Positions 31,966 to 40,694 of a stretch of 64,000 bases of DNA are shown here, in pieces. The translations under genes and the position numbers were made by a program. The stretch lies in the NCBI GenBank assembly GCA_965224025.1, contig OZ245033.1, forward strand, positions 4,640,001-4,704,000, written 5' to 3'. The first letter of the stretch is position 1; each line of letters starts with the position of its first letter. Below the pieces are notes generated by a model that saw only the letters and a program-made list of their open reading frames with translations, ran no database searches and was not told the origin of the DNA. This DNA is from Candidatus Multivorans sp. (GTDB taxonomy: Bacteria; Acidobacteriota; Thermoanaerobaculia; Multivoradales; Multivoraceae).

Positions 31966-34526
31966 TACTGAGCGCAGGCGAACGCCGTGATGTCGCTCTT
32001 GGCCGCCGCGGTCTGGTTGAGGCGGTTCTCGTGCGTCCAGGGCTTGCCGCCATCGGGCGGATCGATCGACAGGTTGAACGCCAGCGTCGTCACCGGCGCC
32101 ACGAACACCCAGCGGTGGCCGTTGATCCCGCAGCCGTCGAGCACCTTGATCAGCACCTCCGCGTTGTTCTTGCCGAAGAAGTAGAGGATCGCCGACTGCT
32201 CCGAGTCCAGCTCGTAGTCCTGGACCACCTCCACCACCGTCTCGCCGTCCTTGATGTGCTCGACGCACATGTTGACGGTGTAGCCCCCGCGAAGGGTCTT
32301 CACCGGCTGCGGTTCGCAGTCTGCCGCTTCGCCCGCGCTGATTGGTTGCGAGACGGAAACCGGCGGTCGCGACACGGGTTCGACTCGCGCCAACGGCGTC
32401 GATGAGACCGGCGCCGCCGGGAATCCCGCATCGACGAGATCTACTCCACGAACACCGCCACCGCCATCCGCAACGGCCGTCGACGCAGCAGATGCCGCAC
32501 CGCACGGGAAGGCCGTGAGGTCGCTCTCCGTCGTCGCCGTCACGCCGCCGCGCGGGTTCTTGTGTTCCCAATACTCGCCGGTAGCCGTCTCGTCGACGCG
32601 CAGATTGAACGCGAGCGTCGTCACCGGCGCCGCGAACACCCAACGATGGCCGTTCACGGCGCACGCGTCGAGCACCTTGATCAGCACCTCGGAGTTGTCC
32701 CTGTCGAAGAAGTAGAGAAGGCCCGACTCGCGCGAACCGAGACCGTAGTCGACCGCATCGGCCTGCACGGTCTCGCCGTCCTTCTCGTACTCGATGCACA
32801 TGCTCACCGTGTACCCGTGCACGAACGCAATTTGCGGCGAGGACGGCACGCAGTCCGTGTACTTCGCGGCCGGCAGCGCAACCGTCACGATGCCGCTGTT
32901 CGCGCCGCCGGCGCGGTTGTAGGCCCGCACGCGGAAGTCGTAACGGCCGCCGGCGTCCAGCCCGGTCACGTCCGCCGACGTCGTGTTCGCCGGCAGCCTG
33001 GTGGCCGCCCGCCAGCGCCCGTCCCGCGGGCGATACTGCACCTCGAACCCGTTCTCGTTGTCCGATTGGTCCGACCAGGTCAGGCGCACGCTCGTGGGGC
33101 CCGCGCGCGTGGCACTCAGGTTGGCCGGCGCGGTAGGAATCTCGCCGGGAGGAGGAGGCGGAGGCGGAGGCGGAGGCTCCGGAGCACTGCCGATGAAGTC
33201 GCTGTACTGAACGGCGAGGTGGACCGTCTGCTGCATGGCCCGTTCGTTCTCGCGCTCGCCCGCGATGCCCAAGGTCCAGCCCCGCGGCTCGAACCGGACA
33301 GTGGAGAAGTAGGGTTCCACCCGGCCCGAACCGTAGCTCATGAGCGTGTCGATGTTCGGTACCGGCACGAAGTCCGTGTGACCGTAGGCGTAGGGATACA
33401 CCGCAACTTCGTTCCGATGCTCCTCGAAGGTCCTGTTGCCCAGGTTGACGTTCTGCGGATCGTGGTTGGCGCCCATGTTGTGGCCGATTTCGTGGGCGAA
33501 CGTCGGCTCGAAATCCCCACGCGCCAAGGTCAATCCAAAGGCCGCCCCTGAAAAGGATCGAGCCGAACGGCCCTTGGTCAGGAGGTAGGCGATACCGCTG
33601 CATCCCTGGGCGTCCCAAAGGAACATGTGAACCATGTCCGCCTGGTGCTCCGCCCGCAGTCGCGCTAGGTCCGGATCCCCGGGCATGTGGCCAAGAACGT
33701 GTCCGCAGGACCACTCGCTTTCCTCCCCGCCCTCTTCCGGTTCGTGTTCCCCGTACAGCGGCGGCGCCTCTTCGAAATGCACGAGGTTCGGCGTCACGCC
33801 CAACTGGCCGTTTCGAAACACCTGGGCCAGGTAGTCCACGGCCTGCTGAATCGACACCCCGGGTGTCCGGTTGCGGCGGCTCCACCGCTCCTCGGATTGC
33901 GCCGTGTAGACGGCCAGGATGTCGAGCACATCGTGGTTCGACTCGGACGCCACGCCGCGCGGCGCTCCGGCCCGCTGAGCCAGGGGCGCTGAAACGGGAG
34001 ACTCCATGGGCGGAACCACGCCGCCCGGGCAATGTTCTTCCTCAGGCTCCGGCTCGCGCGTAGACGTGTCGACCATCTGACCGAGCCCGTCCGGCCCAAC
34101 GCTGATCACGTAGGCGGCGCCGCCCGGCTCGCCGAACCGCCCGGCGAGATAGCCGTCCTTGATGGTGAGCACGACGCTCTCGTAACCCGCGCCGGGGAAG
34201 CTGCCCGCCCACATCGCATCGCCGTTGCCGCGGTCCTCGAAGACCGTCAGTTCGGCAGCCAGAATCCGGCCGTCCGGTGTCGGGAGTTCCACGCGCTGCG
34301 GAGCGGAGCGCACGAAGTCGATGTCCAGCTCGGCGGCGAATGTCTCGAAACCCTCTTCGGCGTCCGGGGCATCCTCGATCGAGAGTCCGAGATCGAGCAG
34401 ACGCTGTCCGTTCGCGCCATCGGCTGCGAACAGGACGAGAATCAGAGCCGGCAACAGTGGCCAATGCCGGCCAGCACAAAGGGAAAAGGGACGATTGGCC
34501 CGCGCCCCACGTAGAGAAACAACCAT
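31965..34526 (-). CDS. Secreted M12 (reprolysin-like) zinc metalloprotease + poly-Pro linker + fibronectin type III + duplicated C-terminal domain
   Basis: HEIGHNMGANHD zinc motif, Met-turn TLMSY, PPPPPPPPP linker, Fn3 (LTWSDQSDNENGF...YDFRVRAYN), two copies of an EVLIKVLDxCxxNGHRWVF domain. Confidence 0.9.
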   Translation of the reverse strand: MVVSLRGARANRPFSLCAGRHWPLLPALILVLFAADGANGQRLLDLGLSIEDAPDAEEGFETFAAELDIDFVRSAPQRVELPTPDGRILAAELTVFEDRGNGDAMWAGSFPGAGYESVVLTIKDGYLAGRFGEPGGAAYVISVGPDGLGQMVDTSTREPEPEEEHCPGGVVPPMESPVSAPLAQRAGAPRGVASESNHDVLDILAVYTAQSEERWSRRNRTPGVSIQQAVDYLAQVFRNGQLGVTPNLVHFEEAPPLYGEHEPEEGGEESEWSCGHVLGHMPGDPDLARLRAEHQADMVHMFLWDAQGCSGIAYLLTKGRSARSFSGAAFGLTLARGDFEPTFAHEIGHNMGANHDPQNVNLGNRTFEEHRNEVAVYPYAYGHTDFVPVPNIDTLMSYGSGRVEPYFSTVRFEPRGWTLGIAGERENERAMQQTVHLAVQYSDFIGSAPEPPPPPPPPPPGEIPTAPANLSATRAGPTSVRLTWSDQSDNENGFEVQYRPRDGRWRAATRLPANTTSADVTGLDAGGRYDFRVRAYNRAGGANSGIVTVALPAAKYTDCVPSSPQIAFVHGYTVSMCIEYEKDGETVQADAVDYGLGSRESGLLYFFDRDNSEVLIKVLDACAVNGHRWVFAAPVTTLAFNLRVDETATGEYWEHKNPRGGVTATTESDLTAFPCGAASAASTAVADGGGGVRGVDLVDAGFPAAPVSSTPLARVEPVSRPPVSVSQPISAGEAADCEPQPVKTLRGGYTVNMCVEHIKDGETVVEVVQDYELDSEQSAILYFFGKNNAEVLIKVLDGCGINGHRWVFVAPVTTLAFNLSIDPPDGGKPWTHENRLNQTAAAKSDITAFACAQ
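31968..32856 (-). repeat. Intragenic tandem duplication of a ~115-aa C-terminal domain
   Basis: DNA 32074-32159 is highly similar to 32605-32690 (offset 531 bp = 177 codons). Confidence 0.9.
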
Positions 34527-34591
34527 GACCGTTCAGTATAGCCGCCGTCCCGCCGTACTGCCCGGATCGGGCGTACCCGTCGCCGTGCGGC

Positions 34592-36451
34592 TCAGCGCAC
34601 GTTGACGCCGTAGCGCAGGAACGACTGACGACCGCCGACATCGTCCCGCAGCCCGATCCCGATGTCGTGGTATCCGGCCTCCATCGTCAACTCCAGGCCG
34701 TAGCGCCATCTGCGCCCCTTGATCTCGGCCAGGCGATCCCGCGGCACCGCGATGTTCAACTCGGTGAGCCGGGGCTCGGTCGAACGGTCCTTCTCGTCCT
34801 TGGCCGCCAGCCAGAGCCGAATTCGGCCGTGGTGAACCCCTTCCCGCGGAATCAGAGTCAGATCCTCCCAAGCCACATCGACGACCAGCGGCACGTCGTA
34901 GTGCCCGTCCGCGCGCCGTTTCGGCGGCAGACTCCGCACCCTGACGCCGAGCGGGTTCTCGTACACGTTCAGGTTGAGGGCCGAGAGCGTCCCCTCGACC
35001 ATTCGCGACTCGATCGACTTGGTCCGGAAACCGCGCCGGTAGTTCACGTCGACGCCGCGAGGACGGTTCTTGAGACGCACCTCGATCGTGTGCAGGCGGC
35101 CAGTGCCGGCGACGGCGGGCATGTACCCAAGGGAGTAGTAGTTGCGGAAGTCCCGCGCAATCTTGAGCAGGTCGGGCATCACCCGGTTGGCGTTGATGAT
35201 CGCCCGGCCGCCTGTCTCCCGCGCCATCAAACGGAGCGGGCTCTGCAGGTTGGTCACCCGGATCTGGTCGATCAGCAGTCCCTGTCCCGGCAGGCCGGCG
35301 GCCTGTTGCTCCACGGTTCCCTGGGAGTACACGGTCAACCCGCGGGCGTCGATCGCGTAGAAGCTGGTCCGGTTCGCGTTCGCGGCCGCCGCAAGTTGCT
35401 GGAAGCGCCGTGACATGTCGTAACTCGCCATCTCGATCAGGGAAACCGCTTGCTCGTAGGAATCGCGAATGAAGTGGAACATGTCCTCGCCCGCGATCAT
35501 CGGCAGACCGTCGGAAACGTAGACCACCGCCTTGCGTCCGGGCGCCGCGGACAGGTTCTCGACGACGCTGGCGAGGGCGTCGATGGACAGGTGGGTGTCG
35601 TTGCGCACCGAACCGGCGTAGGCGATCAACTGATTGCGGGCCAGACTGATGGGGCCGCCGATGACCCGTCCTTCCCGCACCCCCTGCTGGAACTGTTCAC
35701 TCCCCCGGCGCCCCGCAGTTTCCAGATTGACGTCATTGATCAAGGCGACGATGTCCCGCCGCTCGTTGTTGCGATGAACCCGGTTCCCCGTCGTTTCCTC
35801 AAGCTCCAGCAGCGCCCGGTTCAGCTTCTCGCGATCGCTGGTGAAGGGCATCAACAAGTCGAGGGAGCGGTTGTAGCTCACCAACATGACGCTGTCCTCG
35901 GGGCGAAGCTGCTCGCGGATGAAGGTCCGCAGTTCGCGCAGCACCCGGTTCCGGTTGAACGGCGTCAGGTTCAGGTTGTCGATGTAGACCACGACGTGGA
36001 GCGCCTGTTCGGACGGAACGGCCGGGCGCGCTCGCTCGGGGAGACCCGGCGCGAGCGGGTCCTCGGGTTCCGGCGCGGCCAGAGGTTCCGCGTCGGCTTC
36101 GCCGCGCCGCACCCACAGATCGTCGCCGCGCTCTTCGACCGCGTAGAAGTTGCTGATCGCGACCCGCCGATCGTCCACCAGCAGTTCGAAGTCGTCCAGC
36201 GTCAGGCCGTGCACCGGCTGACCGTCGGCGCCGGTGACGTACACGTCGATGTTGATGACTTCGACGTCCACGGTCTCGATGAAGACCGGGCCGGATACCC
36301 GTTCGCTGCCGCCTTCCGCCTGCTGGGCGGTCAAGGGCACGGCGGCCTGGAAGCCCGCCACGACGAAGGCGACCGCCAGCCGACCCGCTACGGTTCGCCA
36401 CCGCGCGCGCTCCAGCGAACGGCGCCCCACCGGTTGTTTCGCCCCAGCCAC
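34592..36451 (-). CDS. VWA-domain protein (acidobacterial type), secreted
   Basis: VINIDVYVTGADGQPVHGLTLDDF, PFTSDR, GRKAVVYVSDG, ETGG, YYSLGY. Confidence 0.85.
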   Translation of the reverse strand: MAGAKQPVGRRSLERARWRTVAGRLAVAFVVAGFQAAVPLTAQQAEGGSERVSGPVFIETVDVEVINIDVYVTGADGQPVHGLTLDDFELLVDDRRVAISNFYAVEERGDDLWVRRGEADAEPLAAPEPEDPLAPGLPERARPAVPSEQALHVVVYIDNLNLTPFNRNRVLRELRTFIREQLRPEDSVMLVSYNRSLDLLMPFTSDREKLNRALLELEETTGNRVHRNNERRDIVALINDVNLETAGRRGSEQFQQGVREGRVIGGPISLARNQLIAYAGSVRNDTHLSIDALASVVENLSAAPGRKAVVYVSDGLPMIAGEDMFHFIRDSYEQAVSLIEMASYDMSRRFQQLAAAANANRTSFYAIDARGLTVYSQGTVEQQAAGLPGQGLLIDQIRVTNLQSPLRLMARETGGRAIINANRVMPDLLKIARDFRNYYSLGYMPAVAGTGRLHTIEVRLKNRPRGVDVNYRRGFRTKSIESRMVEGTLSALNLNVYENPLGVRVRSLPPKRRADGHYDVPLVVDVAWEDLTLIPREGVHHGRIRLWLAAKDEKDRSTEPRLTELNIAVPRDRLAEIKGRRWRYGLELTMEAGYHDIGIGLRDDVGGRQSFLRYGVNVR

Positions 36452-36460
36452 TCGGAAAGC

Positions 36461-38644
36461 CTACCCCGATGTCCGGATCCGGAGGAGTTCCGCACTGTCC
36501 GGCCAGCGCCGGAGCGCCTGCGCCAGCAGTCGCGCCGCGGACGCTTCGTCGTTCATCGCCCGCAGCGTCCGCACCGCCTCGGCGTAGGCGGCCGGCTCCG
36601 GGTTCGCCGTCACCATCTGTTGCAGGGCCTGACCCGCCTCGGGGGCGCGACCCTGCAGGGCGAACAGGAAGGCCCGCGAGGAGTACGCCCCGAGCAGTTC
36701 GCCGTCCAGGTCGATCGCTTCCTGGTACGAGCGCTCCGCCTCGCCCATCCGCTCCAGGGCGCCGAGCGCCGTGCCGCGATGCAGGAAGAGCCGAGCGAGA
36801 ACCGTCCGGTCGCCCCGGTCCCCGAACCCGGCCAGAACCTCATCGGACTGCGCGAGGGCTTCCTCGAACCGCCCCCGCACGTTGAGCCAGCCCGCACGCA
36901 CGATCAGCGGCGTCAACCGCGGTCCCCGCTCGGCGATCGCCCTCTCCAGATGCTCCCCCGCCGCCTCCAGGTCACCCGCAACCATCGCAACCTCGGCCAA
37001 CACCTGGTGGGCCAGCGGCGACCGATCCACGACCGCGAGCGCGTGCTCACGCGCCTCCTCCACCCGCCCCGTCCGGAGCAGGAGCTCCGCCAACTTGACG
37101 CCGGCGGCGACCGCGTCGCCCCCGGAGGCCTCGAACGCGCTCCGGTAAGCCTCGAGCGCCGGCTCCAGCCGGCCGCGCCCGTCCAGCACGTCCCCAAGCT
37201 CGTGCCACGCCTGGACGAGTTGCGGCTCGGTCTCCAAGATCTTGCGGAGCACCGACTCGGCCTCCGCCAGGCGACCGCCGGCCACCAGCTCCGCGGCGCG
37301 ATCCAGGTCGGCGACGACGCCGATCCGGCTCTTGGGGTCCGGGAGCGGGCCCTCCCGGGCGCGGCCGCCGCCGGACAGGTACCCGAGCGACTGCAGGCGC
37401 CGGCGGGTTTCCGGGTCCTCCTCGGCCGGCGAAGCCAGCGTCCGGTCGAATCCGGCCAGCGCCTCGCGCAGCCGGCGCGCAGCCGCCCGCTCCTCCTGAA
37501 TGACGTTGTTGAGCTCGCCAGGGTCCTCGGACAGCCGGTAGAGCTCCGGATCGGGCGAATCGATGAAGTGAAGGTCGCCTTCGACGATCGAGGCGAGGTC
37601 GCTCCATCCGAAGTGAATCCGCGGATACACGCTCTCGGAAACGATGTGCCGCGGCTCCCCGGCCGGCGTCAGATCGAAGAGATCGGCTCCGGCCAGCCCG
37701 TCCGGTTTCTCCAGACCCAGGATCGAGTAGGCCGTCGGCGCGACGTCGACGAGCTGGACATTGACCCCCACTCTCTCGCCGGCGCGCTCCCCGCCCGGCA
37801 GCTTCACGATCAGGGGCACTTGGAGCACTTCGCGGTAGACGAGGACCAGGTGGTCCATCTCGCCGTGATCCATCAGGCCCTCGCCGTGATCGGAGAGCAG
37901 GATGACGACGGCGTCGTCATAGAGGCCAAGTGCCTCCAGGCGCCCGAGCAGCTCGCCGACCACCCGGTCGGCCGCCGCCACCTCGCCGTCGTAGGGGTCG
38001 TCATGGCGACCGGCGAACTCCGCCGGCGGCTGGTAAGGAGCATGAGGCTCGTAGAGGTGCAGGAACAGGAAGAAGGGGTCGTCCGCCACGCCGTCCAACC
38101 AGCCCGAGGCGGCCGCCTGGGTTTCCGTCCCCGCCCGTTGCAACTCGCCCAGTTGACGACCCGTCTCGAACCGGACGCCGTCGTCGTAGACGTCGAACCC
38201 GCGGTCGATTCCGGTCCAGGCCCGCAGGACGTAGGAGGACACGAAACCGCCGGTGGCGTACCCCTGCCGGCTGAGCTCCGCCGCCAGCGTCGGGATTCCC
38301 TCGCTCAGCCGGTACCCGGCGTTGTCGCGAACGCCGTGCTCCGGCGGCAGCAGCCCCGTGAACAGGCTGGCGTGGGAGGGCAGCGTTACGTTGACGTGAG
38401 TGAACGCACGTTCGAACAGCACGCCGTCAGCCGCCAGACGGTCGATGGCGGGGGTCTCGACTCCTCCGTATCCGTATGCGGGAAGCCGGTCTGACCGCAG
38501 CGTGTCGATCGAGATCAGAATGACTGGCGGACGGGGCGACTCGGCGCTTCTTCCCGTGGTCCGCTGGGGCGCCGGCGAGCACGCCGACACCAAGAAAGCC
38601 GCCGCGCCCGCGAGCACGGTGACGAAGATGGGAGCCGCCGTCAC
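36461..38644 (-). CDS. Sulfatase-fold hydrolase/transferase + TPR fusion, lipoprotein
   Basis: Lipobox VSAC, ISIDTLRSD, TLPSH, LYEPHAPY, SDHGE, LQSLGYL, TPRs; GTG start overlaps the upstream TGA. Confidence 0.88.
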   Translation of the reverse strand: MTAAPIFVTVLAGAAAFLVSACSPAPQRTTGRSAESPRPPVILISIDTLRSDRLPAYGYGGVETPAIDRLAADGVLFERAFTHVNVTLPSHASLFTGLLPPEHGVRDNAGYRLSEGIPTLAAELSRQGYATGGFVSSYVLRAWTGIDRGFDVYDDGVRFETGRQLGELQRAGTETQAAASGWLDGVADDPFFLFLHLYEPHAPYQPPAEFAGRHDDPYDGEVAAADRVVGELLGRLEALGLYDDAVVILLSDHGEGLMDHGEMDHLVLVYREVLQVPLIVKLPGGERAGERVGVNVQLVDVAPTAYSILGLEKPDGLAGADLFDLTPAGEPRHIVSESVYPRIHFGWSDLASIVEGDLHFIDSPDPELYRLSEDPGELNNVIQEERAAARRLREALAGFDRTLASPAEEDPETRRRLQSLGYLSGGGRAREGPLPDPKSRIGVVADLDRAAELVAGGRLAEAESVLRKILETEPQLVQAWHELGDVLDGRGRLEPALEAYRSAFEASGGDAVAAGVKLAELLLRTGRVEEAREHALAVVDRSPLAHQVLAEVAMVAGDLEAAGEHLERAIAERGPRLTPLIVRAGWLNVRGRFEEALAQSDEVLAGFGDRGDRTVLARLFLHRGTALGALERMGEAERSYQEAIDLDGELLGAYSSRAFLFALQGRAPEAGQALQQMVTANPEPAAYAEAVRTLRAMNDEASAARLLAQALRRWPDSAELLRIRTSG

Positions 38645-39189
38645 TTCAGCTTCAGGGTTCGGCTGACCATCTGAGGCAGGCCGGAGACATCGCCGGCCGG
38701 CGTCCACACCTCGACCGTCTCGCCGTCCTCTTCGACCTCGGACACTTCAACCCACCGCGCTTCACGCAGCCGGACCAGCACTTCCAGGTTGCCGTCGGCC
38801 GGCGCCGGACGCCCGGTTTCCGAGGTCCAGAAGTTGTAGAGCGCCACCCCATCCGATTCGCCGGCTTCGATCACTTGCAGAAAGAGCTGTTTCTCGTAGA
38901 CGGGTAGTGCCCGACCGTTCAACTCGACATCGAAGCCGAAGCTGTACACATCCCGCTGGCCGGCGTTCCTGACCCGTGCGGTCAACCGGCACAGGGTTTC
39001 CGGGCCCGGCGTCGCGGGCGTGATCTCGATACTCTCGAGGATGACCTCAGCCTCCTCTGCCCAGGCGCCAGCCGCGAGAGCGAGAAGGCTGAACAGGGAC
39101 CACGCGATGAATGGCGGCTGACCGGCTGAGACCAACCGTGACCTGATTCTGGCGCCGGAAGTCCGGTCGCCGAGCCCTCCGTTCAGCAC
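38641..39189 (-). CDS. Secreted hypothetical protein, possibly Ig/CARDB-like beta-sandwich
   Basis: Signal-peptide-like segment, LTARVRNAG...F.VELNG beta pattern; translationally coupled to the sulfatase gene; start uncertain. Confidence 0.6.
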   Translation of the reverse strand: MLNGGLGDRTSGARIRSRLVSAGQPPFIAWSLFSLLALAAGAWAEEAEVILESIEITPATPGPETLCRLTARVRNAGQRDVYSFGFDVELNGRALPVYEKQLFLQVIEAGESDGVALYNFWTSETGRPAPADGNLEVLVRLREARWVEVSEVEEDGETVEVWTPAGDVSGLPQMVSRTLKLK

Positions 39190-39216
39190 GGTATGGATAA
39201 TACCGACGGGATTCTC

Positions 39217-40671
39217 ATGAAGACTCCAGCCTCGCTCCTTCGCCTGACCGCCGCGGCCTCGTGCCTGGCCCTGCTCAGCCCGGTCGCGACCACGGCCCAG
39301 ACCCGGAAGATGGAGGATCCGCTGGCCGTCAGGCCGTCGTATCCCACACTCGACGGCAGGGCTTCCAGAACCCCGAGCGCGGGCGGAGTCTACGAGCGGC
39401 TTCGGCGTCTGATGTCGGACAAGCAGAAGGTGAGGCGCAAAGCCGCCCGAGCGCTCGGCAAGACCGATCCCGCGACCCTGATCCCCCTGGTCGACGCCTA
39501 CTTCTTCTCACCCAGCAAGGCCCGCGCCGACGTCCGGAGCGTCCTCGAGGAACTCTCGGGCGAACAGTTCGGCGATCGCTACCGGGACTGGTTCGTGTAC
39601 GTCGGCGGCCGCCAGGACATCGAGCCGCCGCGCGGCTACGTCGCTTGGAAGGGAGAGCTGTTCTCACGCATCGACCCCGTCTACCAGCGCATTCTCAGCC
39701 CCGAAGCCGAAGCAACGGTCCGGCTGCGGCTGCGGGAAGTCCAGTGGGGCGGTGTCCCGCTGGACGGAATCCCGGCGGTCGACGACCCCGTCTCGGTTCC
39801 GGCCGACACGGCCAGCTTCATGCGGGACACCGACACCGTGTTCGGCGTCGAGCTGGGCGGCGAACGGCGCGCCTACCCGGTCAAGGTGCTTGGTTGGCAC
39901 GAACTTCTGAACGACACCGTGGGCGGCCAACCCATCACCCTTTCCTTCTGCACTCTCTGCGGCTCCGGCATCCTCTATTCGGCGGTCGACGAACACGGCG
40001 TGCGGCTCAAGTTCGGCACCTCGGGCTTGCTCTACCGCTCGAACAAGCTGATGTTCGACCGGGCCACGCTCAGCCTGTGGAGCAATCTGACTGGCGAGGC
40101 GGTCGTCGGAGAACGCGCCGCCGGAGGCGCCACGCTGACCATGCTGCCGATGACGCTGACGCGATGGAACGCGTGGCTGAGGCGCCACCCGGACACAACC
40201 GTGATGCGACCCGAACCCGAGACCGCGAGGCGTACCGGCTACCGCTACGTCGAGGGTGCGGCCGACCGAGCGCGGAGCGGAGTCGAGTTTCCCGTCTGGC
40301 GGCAAAGCGACGCGCTGGAGCGGAACGCACGCATCTATGCCCTGCGCATAGGCGGCAAGGCCAAGGCCTACCCGATGGAGAAGCTGCGCACCGAGCGACT
40401 CGTCAACGATACGCTGGGAGGCGTACCGATCGTGCTCGTCCTCGACGAAGAAAGCGGCGCGATTCGGGCCTACGAGCGTGGCAGCCTGATCTTCAGGCCG
40501 CCAGCCGAAGGGACCCTGCGCGAGATCCAGGCAAAGGACGGATCGAGATGGATGATCGCCGAACCGGGCCTCGCGCCGGAAGCTGGCGGTGAGTTGTTGT
40601 CCCGCATCGCCGGCCACGTCGCGTTCTGGTTCGGCTGGTACGCCTTCTACCCGGACACGGAGGTGTACTGA
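39217..40671 (+). CDS. DUF3179-domain protein, secreted, CxxC form
   Basis: GGVPLDGIPAVDDP, RAYP...WHELLND, FCTLCGSG, FGTSGLLYRSNKLMFDR, FWFGWYAFYPDT. Confidence 0.85.
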   Translation: MKTPASLLRLTAAASCLALLSPVATTAQTRKMEDPLAVRPSYPTLDGRASRTPSAGGVYERLRRLMSDKQKVRRKAARALGKTDPATLIPLVDAYFFSPSKARADVRSVLEELSGEQFGDRYRDWFVYVGGRQDIEPPRGYVAWKGELFSRIDPVYQRILSPEAEATVRLRLREVQWGGVPLDGIPAVDDPVSVPADTASFMRDTDTVFGVELGGERRAYPVKVLGWHELLNDTVGGQPITLSFCTLCGSGILYSAVDEHGVRLKFGTSGLLYRSNKLMFDRATLSLWSNLTGEAVVGERAAGGATLTMLPMTLTRWNAWLRRHPDTTVMRPEPETARRTGYRYVEGAADRARSGVEFPVWRQSDALERNARIYALRIGGKAKAYPMEKLRTERLVNDTLGGVPIVLVLDEESGAIRAYERGSLIFRPPAEGTLREIQAKDGSRWMIAEPGLAPEAGGELLSRIAGHVAFWFGWYAFYPDTEVY

Positions 40672-40694
40672 TCGCGCGGCAGTGCCGCCAGGCC

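Noticed and set aside
33145-33185. GGAGGC/GGA short tandem repeats
   Set aside because: They encode the poly-proline linker of the M12 protease; not a regulatory or CRISPR repeat.
35450-38494. 1014-aa plus-strand ORF, and similar long ORFs at 9658-11793, 19621-21339, 24142-25905, 27421-29601, 43862-45817, 49681-51777 and 53432-55141
   Set aside because: Antisense shadows of well-supported genes; long stop-free reverse frames are expected in high-GC coding DNA, and they show no family motifs.
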